Assembly (NCBI GenBank): GCA_963666315.2
Contig: CAXXHG010000008.1
Coordinates: 1-64,000 of the forward strand
Direction: 5' to 3'
Length of the DNA stretch: 64,000 nucleotides
Source: Candidatus Binatia bacterium
Lineage (GTDB): Bacteria > Desulfobacterota > Binatia > Bin18
Shown: piece by piece, positions 1-10,943 of the stretch
Layout: every line of letters starts with the position of its first letter
Position numbering within the stretch: position 1 is the stretch's first letter
Notes under the pieces: model-generated
Seen by the model: only the letters and a program-made list of their open reading frames with translations
What the model was told of the DNA's origin: nothing
Databases searched by the model: none
Made by a program: the position numbers and the translations under genes

Positions 1-375
1 GCAGGTGTCGAGGACCAATTTATATACTTTGTAAAAGGCACCAAAATAAAAATGCATGGGCGTGTCGTGCTCCAGCGTCACTAGCCCGGTGCCTATGAAT
101 AAACCGAAAAATGCCACAAAGAGGGTCAGATGGAACAGGCCGCCCGGTTGCTCAGACACGACATTGCCTTGACCAAAGGCTTCGAACACAACCAGCTTGA
201 TCCGTTCCGGGATATTATCAATACGCATGGTTGCTGTCCCATGCCGAACCCGCTTCCAGCATTCATACGCAAGATAGAGCGGTGCACCAAAGAAGGTGGT
301 GAGCAGCAGCATATACATAACGACTTTGCCCGCCAGTGAGATATTCCATAAAATTTCTCTGGTGACCTCTTCCAT
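1..375 (-). CDS. Membrane-anchored Fe-S oxidoreductase (FadF/HdrD-like), N-terminal part; runs off the window
   Basis: Not in the ORF track. Manual translation gives MEEVTREILWNISLAGKVVMY...GGLFHLTLFVAFFGLFIGT..., open to position 1. AGGAGGA RBS at 381-387. The TREILWNI start plus TM helices with His is typical of this family. Confidence 0.65.
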   Translation of the reverse strand, partial: MEEVTREILWNISLAGKVVMYMLLLTTFFGAPLYLAYECWKRVRHGTATMRIDNIPERIKLVVFEAFGQGNVVSEQPGGLFHLTLFVAFFGLFIGTGLVTLEHDTPMHFYFGAFYKVYKLVLDTC

Positions 376-510
376 GCGTGTCCTCCTGTCCTGCTCTTAG
401 TGCGTTCTGCCCTACTCTTTTTTGTGTCAGCTTCGGGGCCAGGCCGCAAGGGTGTTTGTCTGTAAGAGAAGACGGCAGAAGGGGAGAAAGGGGACGGTGG
501 GGCGGGATGA

Positions 511-1707
511 TCAGACGATCTCGTCGTCTTTGAGTCCTGCCAGGTCAGCCGTGGTGAGTCCCAGGAGCGCTCCCAGGATCTCTTCGTTGTGCTGGCCCAA
601 GAGAGGCGCGGCCCGGACTTCTGCCGGAGAGTCCGACATGTGGATTGCACAGCCTGGCATGGTGAAGCTGCCCCGGGTCGGATGCTCGACGGTGGTGATC
701 ATGCCGCGCTCTTTGAGATGCTGGTTGGATAAAATGTCGCCGCTATCAAGAACCGCACCGCAGGGAATACCTGCCGCGCCTAGCGTCTGCATAACCGCAA
801 ACTTATCGCGCTGCTTGGTCCACGTCGCGATAATCTCAAACAGTTCGTCAAAGTGTTCGTTACAGCTCTTTTGGTCGGCAAAGCGCGCATCGTCCTTCAG
901 CTCTGGCCGCCCGATAGTCGTGAGTAAGCTCTCCAACACGGCAGTCGTCGTCGTAATGATATAGGCGTAGTCATTCGTCCCGCCTGGAGCACACGGATAC
1001 AAGTCGGTGGGCGCCAGGGCGGAGAGCCGATTCCCCGTCCGCTGGGCAGGAACGGTCCCGTAGTAATGGCCCATCATGCCGATACGGGTCAGGTTCACCA
1101 CGGCATCTTGCATCGCGACCTCAAGCCGCTGACCTTTTCCGGTCTTTTCGCGCTGTAAGAGGGCAGACAAGATGCCGACCGCGCAATGAATGCCGGTCCC
1201 GGTATCGCCTATCGTCGGGCCGGGCCGCAGTGGCTGTGTGTCAGCCGTGCCTGTCACGCTCATCGCCCCTCCTGTTGCTTGGGCGATCATGTCAAAGCTC
1301 TTAAAACCGGAGTAGGGGCCGTAGGTCCCAAAGCCTTTCACCTGTGCGTAGATAAGGCGTGGATTGATTGCTGACACAACGTCGTAACTCAGACCCAACT
1401 TCGCGATAGCCGCAGGCGCATAGTTTTCGACCAGGACGTCAAAGTGCGGGACGAGCTGCTTAAAGAGCACCAGCCCTTTTTCGCTTTTGAGATTGATCGT
1501 GATGCTCTTCTTACTGGCGTTCAGCAACAAAAAATACGGGGAGTCGAGGCCGGGTTTATCGGTGATGAGATAGCGCCCCTGATCGCCTCTTTTCGGCGGC
1601 TCTACTTTCACAACGTCCGCGCCAAGAAAGGCCAGAATCTCGGTGCATGACGGCCCTGCTTCAAACTGAGTCAGATCCAAAATTCTGATATGATCTAAAG
1701 CGCTCAT
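511..1707 (-). CDS. CaiB/BaiF (family III) CoA-transferase, formyl-CoA transferase-like
   Basis: Motifs RILDLTQFEAGP, LGADVVKVEPP, DVLVENY, DMIAQATGG and APLLGQHN; GAGGAG RBS before ATG at 1707. Confidence 0.92.
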   Translation of the reverse strand: MSALDHIRILDLTQFEAGPSCTEILAFLGADVVKVEPPKRGDQGRYLITDKPGLDSPYFLLLNASKKSITINLKSEKGLVLFKQLVPHFDVLVENYAPAAIAKLGLSYDVVSAINPRLIYAQVKGFGTYGPYSGFKSFDMIAQATGGAMSVTGTADTQPLRPGPTIGDTGTGIHCAVGILSALLQREKTGKGQRLEVAMQDAVVNLTRIGMMGHYYGTVPAQRTGNRLSALAPTDLYPCAPGGTNDYAYIITTTTAVLESLLTTIGRPELKDDARFADQKSCNEHFDELFEIIATWTKQRDKFAVMQTLGAAGIPCGAVLDSGDILSNQHLKERGMITTVEHPTRGSFTMPGCAIHMSDSPAEVRAAPLLGQHNEEILGALLGLTTADLAGLKDDEIV

Positions 1708-1890
1708 GCGTGTACTCCTCTCTTTGCTTGTCACGACTGTTGATCAACATCACAGTGTGACGTGACCCGATCTTAGCGCTCTTGGGCGTATTCGACCAGA
1801 CCTGAGTGGAACGTTCTCAAGTGGCAAGGGGCAAGGGGGAGGAGAGATCTAGCCTCCCCAGCTTGCTGGTGTCCAACTTGGCTGCTGGGC

Positions 1891-2331
1891 TTAGTAATCG
1901 TCAAGCGGCGCTTCATCGCCGCCGTTATCGCTCTCGACTGTGTCGAATGGTCCGTCCTTGCCAAGGGCAGAGTCCTCTTCCCATGCGGCCTCCTCAAACT
2001 CTCCTTCCCCCGGTGCCAGACCATACCCCTCTGGGTCAGCGCTATCCGCTTCCATACCCTGTACGCGTGCTTGGGCTTCATCCGAGGTCGGTGTTCCTGG
2101 AGGTGGGACTGCGGCAATAGGTGACGGAGAAGCTGCGGGAGTGCCGAAGCTTGCGGCGGGTGGGAGTTCGTCGTCAACGGCGCGGGCCTCGTCCGTGGGT
2201 GTGTTGGAATAATGGAGCTTGCCAGCGCTATCGACCCATTTGTAAATGGTGCCCTGTGCAAATGCTGCGGCACTCCAGACAAGAGCCCCAAAACTCAAAA
2301 CTAATGCAGATGCGGCAATGTGTGTTTTCAT
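1891..2331 (-). CDS. DUF4124 domain exported protein
   Basis: Signal peptide, then IYKWVDSAGKLHYSNTP, then an acidic Pro-rich tail. Confidence 0.85.
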   Translation of the reverse strand: MKTHIAASALVLSFGALVWSAAAFAQGTIYKWVDSAGKLHYSNTPTDEARAVDDELPPAASFGTPAASPSPIAAVPPPGTPTSDEAQARVQGMEADSADPEGYGLAPGEGEFEEAAWEEDSALGKDGPFDTVESDNGGDEAPLDDY

Positions 2332-2524
2332 ACAGAGGCCTCCTGTACAGCATACAATAAGTGTGGCCTAGGCGTTGGCTAAGATGCAACCAGAAAAGAC
2401 CAGGCTCACTTGTGTTGCTTGAATTGTCATAAAGCAAACGCTAGCCTCGGATTGATTTATCGACTAAAAAGAGAAGTTCTGCAGCGTATGAAAACAGAAG
2501 AAAAGTTTCCAAACGGAAGGACCT

Positions 2525-3013
2525 ATGCCGCCGACTGATTTGCCACGCCGTACGACTAGCAATTCCCGGGGACAACTCTACTCCGTCTGGGCGGTCGTAT
2601 TAGCAACTTTCCTCGGCTCGCCGCTTGCCGGGGGAGTCGTCATGTCCATTAACTGCCGGAGATTGTTGCAGCCGAATGCGGCCCGGGACATCTTACTCTG
2701 GACTGCCATACTGACTGTCGGACTGACTGTCGGATCGCTGCTCTTGGGAGGACTGATTCCTGAGGAAATGCGTCTGGTTAAGGCCATGCTGGTTGGCTTG
2801 CAGGTATTTGTCATGTATTTCTTGGCTGCTCGTCTCCAGGGCCGGGCCATTACCTTGCATCTCGAACAAGGCGGGGAAATGGCTTCGTATTGGAGTGTAG
2901 TCGTCATAGGCATCGTGTGTGGCATTATTCTGCTGTGGACATTGGTGGCCCTGGGTCTGATGCCAGCACCCGGAACGATGTTAGAGCCCAATAGCTCTCC
3001 GGTACTGTTGTAG
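2525..3013 (+). CDS. Hypothetical membrane protein (about 4 TM helices)
   Basis: Four hydrophobic segments; LYS...ATFLGSPLAGG motif; GGAAGG RBS. Confidence 0.75.
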   Translation: MPPTDLPRRTTSNSRGQLYSVWAVVLATFLGSPLAGGVVMSINCRRLLQPNAARDILLWTAILTVGLTVGSLLLGGLIPEEMRLVKAMLVGLQVFVMYFLAARLQGRAITLHLEQGGEMASYWSVVVIGIVCGIILLWTLVALGLMPAPGTMLEPNSSPVLL

Positions 3014-3037
3014 CTAGCGTACGTGTCATTCGGAGAC

Positions 3038-3508
3038 ATGACTCGCAAAACTTCTACACCCAAAACAAAACGGCCAAAGCGTCCTCCGCCGCGTCATCAG
3101 TTGACCTTGGATGAGGCAATTGCGCGTTTGGGCCTAGACGGCATAACGCAGCGGCGGATGTTCGGCGGGCTGTGTTACTACGCGGCAGGCAAGCCGTTTT
3201 CGTTTCTCTTGGGCGAAGATCTGGCGTTGAAACTCCCGGGCATGCAGCTGGTAGCCGGGTGTGCGAGCCGTGCGGGCGATCTCTTTCATCCCGGCGGTGG
3301 AGACTTTGTCATGCGTGAGTATCTCGCCCTGAGCCCGGAGGCGCTGATGGACGAGGGCAAAGTTGATGAGTTTGTCTTGGCCAGCTACCGTTTTATGAGT
3401 GGTCAGGCCAGTTCGGAAGAGGGTCTGGATCAGCGCGATTTATTAGAAGGCCGAAGCGGGCTGTATCAACGCGAGAAAAAACAGGCAGCTAAGGCGAATA
3501 AAACCTAG
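3038..3508 (+). CDS. TfoX/Sxy N-terminal domain protein
   Basis: RRMFGGLCYY...F..L..DLALK and MREY motifs. Confidence 0.8.
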   Translation: MTRKTSTPKTKRPKRPPPRHQLTLDEAIARLGLDGITQRRMFGGLCYYAAGKPFSFLLGEDLALKLPGMQLVAGCASRAGDLFHPGGGDFVMREYLALSPEALMDEGKVDEFVLASYRFMSGQASSEEGLDQRDLLEGRSGLYQREKKQAAKANKT

Positions 3509-3521
3509 GGCCGGAAGTTGT

Positions 3522-3546
3522 GGCCCTAGGGTGACCCTGCCCCTAC
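3522..3546. repeat. Degenerate GTAG-type REP overlapping the BKACE stop codon
   Basis: Minus strand reads GTAGGGGCAGGGTCACCCT, resembling the palindrome at 57963. Confidence 0.55.
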
Positions 3547-4427
3547 TCACCTATCCCCAACAGCTCCCGTGCCTCAGCCGGGGTTGCAATCTCACGGCCC
3601 ATATCACGCGCGAGTTGGGCGATGCGTGTGACCAGACCCGCGTTTGTGGGGTATTCGAGTTCACCATACGGATAGTCGCCCAGGCCGATCGAAACATGTC
3701 CGCCGCGTTCCATAGCCGCTGCCGCAACAGGAAAGAGATTATCTCCGTATGACAGCACCGACCACTGCCAATTTGCATTTTGAGGAAAGAACTCAAGCAG
3801 GGCCTGCATGCCTTTTACCGTGCCGGGGTGTCCGGCCAGCATGCCGCCCTCGGTCAGCACGACCTCGCAATACAGCGGCTCTTCAAAAAACCCCATTTCC
3901 ACGAACGCCTGCGTTGCACGCACAGAGCCGATATGCCACAGGGCTTGGACGGGTTTTACCCGGACGGACTTCATGGTCTCGGCAAAGAACTGCCACGTCT
4001 TGGTGGTGTTCACATAGACGGTTTCGTTGGTCTCAAACTGCTTGGCCTCAGGGTCGAATATGTCGACATTGCTCGTAGCCATATCGATCGGGCCCAATTC
4101 TGGCTTGGTCATGGGGTCTTTTGCCATCTCGATAATGTGGGCAATGCGGTCCTCGGGCGACGGCATCCACCACGCGCCCAGCGTCGGCATAGTAATGAGA
4201 TCACTCTTATCTTTGATACGATGCACGGTATCCGCGTAGAGCTGGGGGTCGGCCGCAGGCGCCCCTGTGTGTGGATCGCGGGCATGGTAATGGATGATAG
4301 ATGCGCCCTCGCGCCAACACTCAAGCGCCTGGGTTGCAATTTCTGCCGGACTGTAGGGAATGTTGGGGTTGGTATCCCGCAGGGTGTATTCGTTAATGCG
4401 GACTTCGATGATGACTTTATTGGACAT
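3543..4427 (-). CDS. 3-keto-5-aminohexanoate cleavage enzyme family (BKACE/DUF849)
   Basis: NPNIPYSPAEIA, GASIIHYHARD, GGHVSIGLGD and REIATPAEARELLG motifs. Confidence 0.92.
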   Translation of the reverse strand: MSNKVIIEVRINEYTLRDTNPNIPYSPAEIATQALECWREGASIIHYHARDPHTGAPAADPQLYADTVHRIKDKSDLITMPTLGAWWMPSPEDRIAHIIEMAKDPMTKPELGPIDMATSNVDIFDPEAKQFETNETVYVNTTKTWQFFAETMKSVRVKPVQALWHIGSVRATQAFVEMGFFEEPLYCEVVLTEGGMLAGHPGTVKGMQALLEFFPQNANWQWSVLSYGDNLFPVAAAAMERGGHVSIGLGDYPYGELEYPTNAGLVTRIAQLARDMGREIATPAEARELLGIGE

Positions 4428-4591
4428 AGAGTATCCTCGTGCTGTAGAGAAAGTGCATATAATAAAGACCTTGTGTCTCAACACCTTGCGTCTTATTTTG
4501 CTGCTCGGCGTTATTAGATCGTGGGGCCGGATGCATTGTCAAGCGAAGACAGCCGCATAAGCGAAGGCGGTCGCACAATAGAACGAATAGA

Positions 4592-5461
4592 ATGGACTCT
4601 GGCATGAAACACGTTGTCGTTGGCTGGGGCGCGCTTTTTGCCACTGTTCTCAGTGCGCCTATTGAGTGGTTCAAGAATGCATTGCTTTTCCACCCCAATA
4701 CCGTAGTTGATGCCACGCCTGCGGACTATGGACTCGCCTACGAAGACGTGCGCTTTGGTGGGCAGGACGGCACGCTCTTACACGGCTGGTATATCTCTGG
4801 TCCGGGCGAGATGGTCTTTGTCTGGTTTCACGGCAACGCCGGAAATATACGCACCCGATTAGAGCATGTGCGTGTGATGCATGATCGGGTGGGCGGCAGC
4901 CACCTGCTATTCGACTATCAGGGGTATGGGCTGAGCCATGGCAGTCCGTCGATTCCCGGTATCCTGGCGGACGGTCGGGCTGCTGTGCGTCTGATACAAG
5001 GGCGTGGCTGGGCGCAGGGAAAACGGGTAGTATTCTTCGGGGAATCCTTGGGATGTGCGGTGGTCATCTCGCTGGCGGTTGCCCCTGGTGCGGTTGCACC
5101 AGGGGCGGGACTAGCACCTGATCGCATCATACTGGAAGCTCCATTTTATTCACTTCATGCTATGGGCCGCATCGTCCTGCCGCCACTTGCCTTTCTAGTC
5201 AAAGATACCCTGAATTCCGCGCGCTTGATTACGCAGCTCACCGTTCCGGTGCTGATCATGCATGGCAAGCAGGACGAAACCGTTCCCTTTCGGCAGGGCC
5301 AAGAGCTGTACAACGCCGCGCCTCAGCCCAAACGTTTTTACGCCGTCTCCGGCGGCAGACATGCCGGTTTATTTGAAGTTGGTGGCCAGAAATATTTTCA
5401 GACGATTCAGGATTTCGTGGATTTCGTGCCAAATGCTTCGTCGATCGGCTCCGCAGAGTAG
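4592..5461 (+). CDS. Alpha/beta hydrolase (ABHD13/YfhR-like)
   Basis: FHGNAGN, DYQGYGLS, GESLG nucleophile elbow, HGKQDETVP, GGRH. Confidence 0.9.
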   Translation: MDSGMKHVVVGWGALFATVLSAPIEWFKNALLFHPNTVVDATPADYGLAYEDVRFGGQDGTLLHGWYISGPGEMVFVWFHGNAGNIRTRLEHVRVMHDRVGGSHLLFDYQGYGLSHGSPSIPGILADGRAAVRLIQGRGWAQGKRVVFFGESLGCAVVISLAVAPGAVAPGAGLAPDRIILEAPFYSLHAMGRIVLPPLAFLVKDTLNSARLITQLTVPVLIMHGKQDETVPFRQGQELYNAAPQPKRFYAVSGGRHAGLFEVGGQKYFQTIQDFVDFVPNASSIGSAE

Positions 5462-5469
5462 CCGCGGGT

Positions 5470-8283
5470 ATGGCACGTTCTGTCACGTCTAGCCATGCTG
5501 CGTTGCCGCGCAAGCCGCCTCCGCTGCTGCGTGTATGCCGCTGGCTTGTGGTCAGCCTGATCGCCGTCGTTCTTGGCGGTCTCTTGCTGCTTGGCTGGTT
5601 CTTGTCTGAACATCGCTATGTCGAGTTCATCGAGCAGGAACTGGAAGCCCTCCTAGCGGCAGAGGTAGGTATTGCTTCTAGTACCCTTTCCTTCAAGCAG
5701 GGGCTCGGGGTGCAGCTCAAGACCGTGACCATGCAGGAGCCGGCCGGTAGCGCTCCGTTTTTTAGAGCCGAACGGGTTGATGTGCTACTCGATATGAAAG
5801 CGCTCCTCCGGGGGCGCCTGCTCTTCCGAGAGCCGGCCTGCATAAAACCACAGGTGCAGTTTTACCAAAAAGAGGGCGCAGTGGCCCTTAAAGTGGGCGC
5901 AGCGACTCTTTCGTCTCCGGTCGCACGGGTTTTCGCCCGAGCAGCCGCAAAAGCCCGCGCTGTTGCATCTTCTGACGCATGGTTTTCTCCACACCTGGAT
6001 ATCCAACACATCACCTTGGACGAAGGCCAGCTCTCCTTTCTCCGGCCCGGAGCCGGGGAGCCGTTTGTGTTGACGCAAACGCATATGCGGATTTCCTTTG
6101 ATGCTCAAAACGGCGTGGAGGCGCATCTAACCGCAGACCTGGGACAGAATGGCACGGTCAGACAACTCACCCTCCATGCTCACGCCGCACAGTCGGATCG
6201 TACGGCGGACTCGGCCAGCATCGAGTGGCAAGGCGCGGTACGCATGCACAACGTGGCCGTGCGGACACTGGGTAAGTGGCTTGGAGCGGACTGGCCCGCG
6301 GCACAAGTCGATTTTTCAGGCAATTATATCGGGCGGGGGAATGCGACAACGACAGTGACCGGCCTGGTTACTATTCGGCAGGCTCAGGGCACCCACCTCA
6401 CCGTGAGCGAAGGAAAAATAGGGATCACGCGGTTGAGTTGGGATAATCCGGAAGACAGCTCGGCCTGGTTTGTCCTGGCTCCTATGGCGGGTTTGTTGCA
6501 GAATCCCGCCGCTCGTCTTGCATCGTTGACGTTTGAAGGCGACATTAAGCAGGTTTCCGCTCAGATCCGGGAGCGGAACGTCCCGATCAGGCTCACTGCA
6601 GGTCACCTCCATTTGAAAAATGGTAAGCTCAAAGTATCCAAGCTCGCGGGCGCATATGGGTACGCATCGTCGCGGACGAACGGGAACGCGGACTGGCCGC
6701 AGTTGTTCTCAAAGCGACGGTCTGAACTGACGGTACAGCTTGCGGCTGACCTCAGCCTGGTCGATGATTTAGCGTCCTTGCTGGCTTTTCTGCCGGCTGC
6801 GGAGCGAGAGACTTTCTCGCAGGTTATGACCCATCCGTCGGGGCATGCGGCTGTTGAGCTGAGCCTACATCTGCCCGCGCAGCAAAATGGGCAAGTTTCT
6901 TACGCTGGATCGCTGGAATGGCGGCGGGCCGGTTTTATGCTCCCGGAGTGGAATCTGGCCGTATCCGACATGCATGGAATCGTACGTGTGACCCAGGAAA
7001 AGGACAGTCTCCTCTTCATGGATCTAGAGGACGTTCGTCTGAGGATAGGTGAATCGGTTGCACTCGTCGAAGGACACGTGACCGCCCCACTGACGGCCGC
7101 ACGTCGTGGCCGAATGCATGTCGCTATTCCGGAAGCCAGGGTGCAAGATTTCATGCATCTCCTCCCGGACACCCAGATCCGTCCACTGTCCGGACGACTG
7201 AGTGGGGCGGTCACTATTCGGTTTGAACCGGAGCGGGTTAGGCCTGAAACTCAGGGAAATTTAGTGCTCGATCAGGTCCGCCTTACGCTTCTCCCCTTTC
7301 TGCAACCGCTAGACGTGACAAAAGGAAAATTCGTCTGGCATGGACAGACCGGCTGGTTCGTTGTGGAGGAGGGCCGTCTTCCCGGCGGCCGGCTGACTGG
7401 CAAGGGCGAGATTTCCCGATTCGAACCATTGGACATGCGGGTGACAGTCGAATGCACGGATCTCGATCTTGGGCCGGTATTGATGCTTGATGATCAGGAC
7501 AAGAAAGAGGCGGACGGTGAGGTTCGCGTCGACGTCCGCTGTGAGCGTCTGCGTTATGGGACGTTCGAAGCAACTCAGGTCCGAGCGAGCGGCCATCGGC
7601 ATCACCGTCAGGTCGATTTCACTGTGCAGGAAGCCCATGTGACGCGAGGTCAGTTGACCGGGCAGGGGACTTTCTGGCTGGACTCGCATGCCTTGTCTTT
7701 TCAGCCACAACTCAGGCAGGTTGCCGTGCGTCCGTTTTTTGCTGCCTTGGGTCATCCGACTGGTACGCTCACTGGAACTCTGAGCGCAACGGGCGAAATC
7801 GGGATTGCTGATTGGGATTACTGGGACGATCCTGAGGAATGGGATGGACAGTTGTCTGTCTATATACGGGACGGGATAGCCCGGCGGATTCCGATCCTGG
7901 TTCGATTGTGGTCGGCGCTGAGTCTGCAGAGCATCTTCAGTTTTTCACTGCCGCAACTGCCACGGGCAGGCTTGGCTTTCTCCTCATTGAGTGGAGATCT
8001 GATATTCGAGCAGGGAAACCTCCGAACTGATAATCTGTCCCTTATTGGAGCAGCCGTTCGCCTGGACACTCGCGGCCAGAGTGATCTGCGTCGGAAGACG
8101 GTTGATTTTATCACCAATGTTGTTCCGTTGCGGGGGATTACGCGTGTGGCGGAAAAAGTTCCGTTAGCCGGCAAGCTGCTCACGCGCGGGGCCGATCAAC
8201 TCACCACCCTGCCGTTTCAAGTGCAAGGCCCGTATGCAGATCCACGGGTCAGACTGCGCCTGATCAAGAAGATCGTGTCGTAA
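5470..8283 (+). CDS. AsmA-like/YhdP-type bulk lipid-transfer protein
   Basis: N-terminal TM anchor, long beta-rich body, and AsmA-like C-terminus (GLAFSSLSGDL...LRTDNLSLIG...FQVQGPYADP). Confidence 0.8.
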   Translation: MARSVTSSHAALPRKPPPLLRVCRWLVVSLIAVVLGGLLLLGWFLSEHRYVEFIEQELEALLAAEVGIASSTLSFKQGLGVQLKTVTMQEPAGSAPFFRAERVDVLLDMKALLRGRLLFREPACIKPQVQFYQKEGAVALKVGAATLSSPVARVFARAAAKARAVASSDAWFSPHLDIQHITLDEGQLSFLRPGAGEPFVLTQTHMRISFDAQNGVEAHLTADLGQNGTVRQLTLHAHAAQSDRTADSASIEWQGAVRMHNVAVRTLGKWLGADWPAAQVDFSGNYIGRGNATTTVTGLVTIRQAQGTHLTVSEGKIGITRLSWDNPEDSSAWFVLAPMAGLLQNPAARLASLTFEGDIKQVSAQIRERNVPIRLTAGHLHLKNGKLKVSKLAGAYGYASSRTNGNADWPQLFSKRRSELTVQLAADLSLVDDLASLLAFLPAAERETFSQVMTHPSGHAAVELSLHLPAQQNGQVSYAGSLEWRRAGFMLPEWNLAVSDMHGIVRVTQEKDSLLFMDLEDVRLRIGESVALVEGHVTAPLTAARRGRMHVAIPEARVQDFMHLLPDTQIRPLSGRLSGAVTIRFEPERVRPETQGNLVLDQVRLTLLPFLQPLDVTKGKFVWHGQTGWFVVEEGRLPGGRLTGKGEISRFEPLDMRVTVECTDLDLGPVLMLDDQDKKEADGEVRVDVRCERLRYGTFEATQVRASGHRHHRQVDFTVQEAHVTRGQLTGQGTFWLDSHALSFQPQLRQVAVRPFFAALGHPTGTLTGTLSATGEIGIADWDYWDDPEEWDGQLSVYIRDGIARRIPILVRLWSALSLQSIFSFSLPQLPRAGLAFSSLSGDLIFEQGNLRTDNLSLIGAAVRLDTRGQSDLRRKTVDFITNVVPLRGITRVAEKVPLAGKLLTRGADQLTTLPFQVQGPYADPRVRLRLIKKIVS

Positions 8284-8348
8284 GTAGCAATGCGGCTCCA
8301 TTGTCGGATATTTCTGGTCGGATATACCTGAACAGCCCTGAGGCGCGC

Positions 8349-9521
8349 TTACAGTATGGACGCGTCTGCCTTGAGGTCAAATAACACCCGCCCGGCAAGT
8401 TCATAGATGGGCGGGGCGACGACTGCGTGTTGGGTCAGGACGTGGATATCGCGGAATGCGCGCTGCAGCGGGCTACTGTCCCATATCGCGCTGCTGCCCG
8501 CCGTATTATACATCGCGTCAACCACCTTGGCCGACTCGCTCGCCACATGATTTGCTGCGAGCCGAATATGGGCGCGCTGGCGCAGAGAGACGGCTTCTCC
8601 CTTGAGCAACAGACTCCAAATCTCGTGTGCGACGTCCAACAGCAGTGCGCGTACGGCTCGAAGCTGCGCCTCTGCTTGCGCAACCTGTATGTGGGTCATG
8701 GGGCGTTCGCTCAGATGCCGCCGTCCACCAGTCGGAATCTTCTCACGTGCGACTTCTATAAGGCAGTCCAGGCTGCCCCGGGCGATACCCAAGGCAACGC
8801 TGGCAACACTGATCGCCAGCAACCCAAAGGCTGGAAACACGTAGAGTGGACCCGGCTGGGTGGGTGGTTCCAACCCAAAGGCCGTTGTTCTCTCTTGTGG
8901 GACAAAGATATCGTGGACGGCAATGTCGTGACTGCCGCTGCCGCGCAATCCTGACACCGACCAGGTGTCGATGATCTCGGCCTCAGCCGCCGGAAAGACC
9001 ATCATTCGGATCTCAGGCCGACCGTTGGCGTCCAGGTAGGGTGTATCGGAATCACCGATAATGCAGTTGCCCATGAGCCAGGTGCAATACTGGCAGCCGC
9101 TGTTAAATGGCCAGCGGCCGGTGACGCGATACCCGTTTTCAACGGGAGAGGCTTTGCCACGCGGGGCTATCGCTCCACCCGTGACCACGTTGGGATCGCT
9201 GCCATAAATCTCTTGCGCGGCGGCTTGATTGAGATAACCGCTGGTGATCCCTCCGGTTGCGCCGATCATGGTTGACCAACCCACGGATCCGTCTAGGGCG
9301 GCAGTCGCTTCAATGACACGGATGAGGGTGGTGACATCGACCTCAAGGCCACCCAAGACGTGGGGAATCAACATACGGAATAAACCTGCATCGGCCATTG
9401 CGTCCACCAGGGCTTGGGGCAGACGCCGCTGCGCTTCAATCTGATCGCTCAGAGCGCGCACCTGCGGAGCAAGATCGTTGATCGCTGCTAGCAGACTCGT
9501 GGTGTGATCGGAGGTGTGCAT
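8349..9521 (-). CDS. Flavin-dependent monooxygenase oxygenase component (HsaA/acyl-CoA dehydrogenase-like)
   Basis: DGSVGW, GRWPFNSGC, DTWSVSGLRGSGSHD and LQRAFRDIH motifs. Confidence 0.88.
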   Translation of the reverse strand: MHTSDHTTSLLAAINDLAPQVRALSDQIEAQRRLPQALVDAMADAGLFRMLIPHVLGGLEVDVTTLIRVIEATAALDGSVGWSTMIGATGGITSGYLNQAAAQEIYGSDPNVVTGGAIAPRGKASPVENGYRVTGRWPFNSGCQYCTWLMGNCIIGDSDTPYLDANGRPEIRMMVFPAAEAEIIDTWSVSGLRGSGSHDIAVHDIFVPQERTTAFGLEPPTQPGPLYVFPAFGLLAISVASVALGIARGSLDCLIEVAREKIPTGGRRHLSERPMTHIQVAQAEAQLRAVRALLLDVAHEIWSLLLKGEAVSLRQRAHIRLAANHVASESAKVVDAMYNTAGSSAIWDSSPLQRAFRDIHVLTQHAVVAPPIYELAGRVLFDLKADASIL

Positions 9522-9558
9522 CAAAATCACTAAAATGCAAGCACTGATAGTGTAAGAA

Positions 9559-10728
<1,170 letters not shown>

Positions 10729-10943
10729 CTAACTATAGCCCCGTACCACAGCCCTTGGAGATGGACAAGCACAGTTTTGGACCAAGCACAGAGGGGTTGA
10801 GGGCCAGCGGCTGTACATTGCGGCAGGATGGGCGATCTGGTAGGGGAGAAGGCCCGATTCTCGATACATTCCACTCGTTTGCGTTTCGTTCGCGATTCGT
10901 TTGTGATAGTGGGGGCCGGCAAATGCGGAGGGCAGTATCTTTC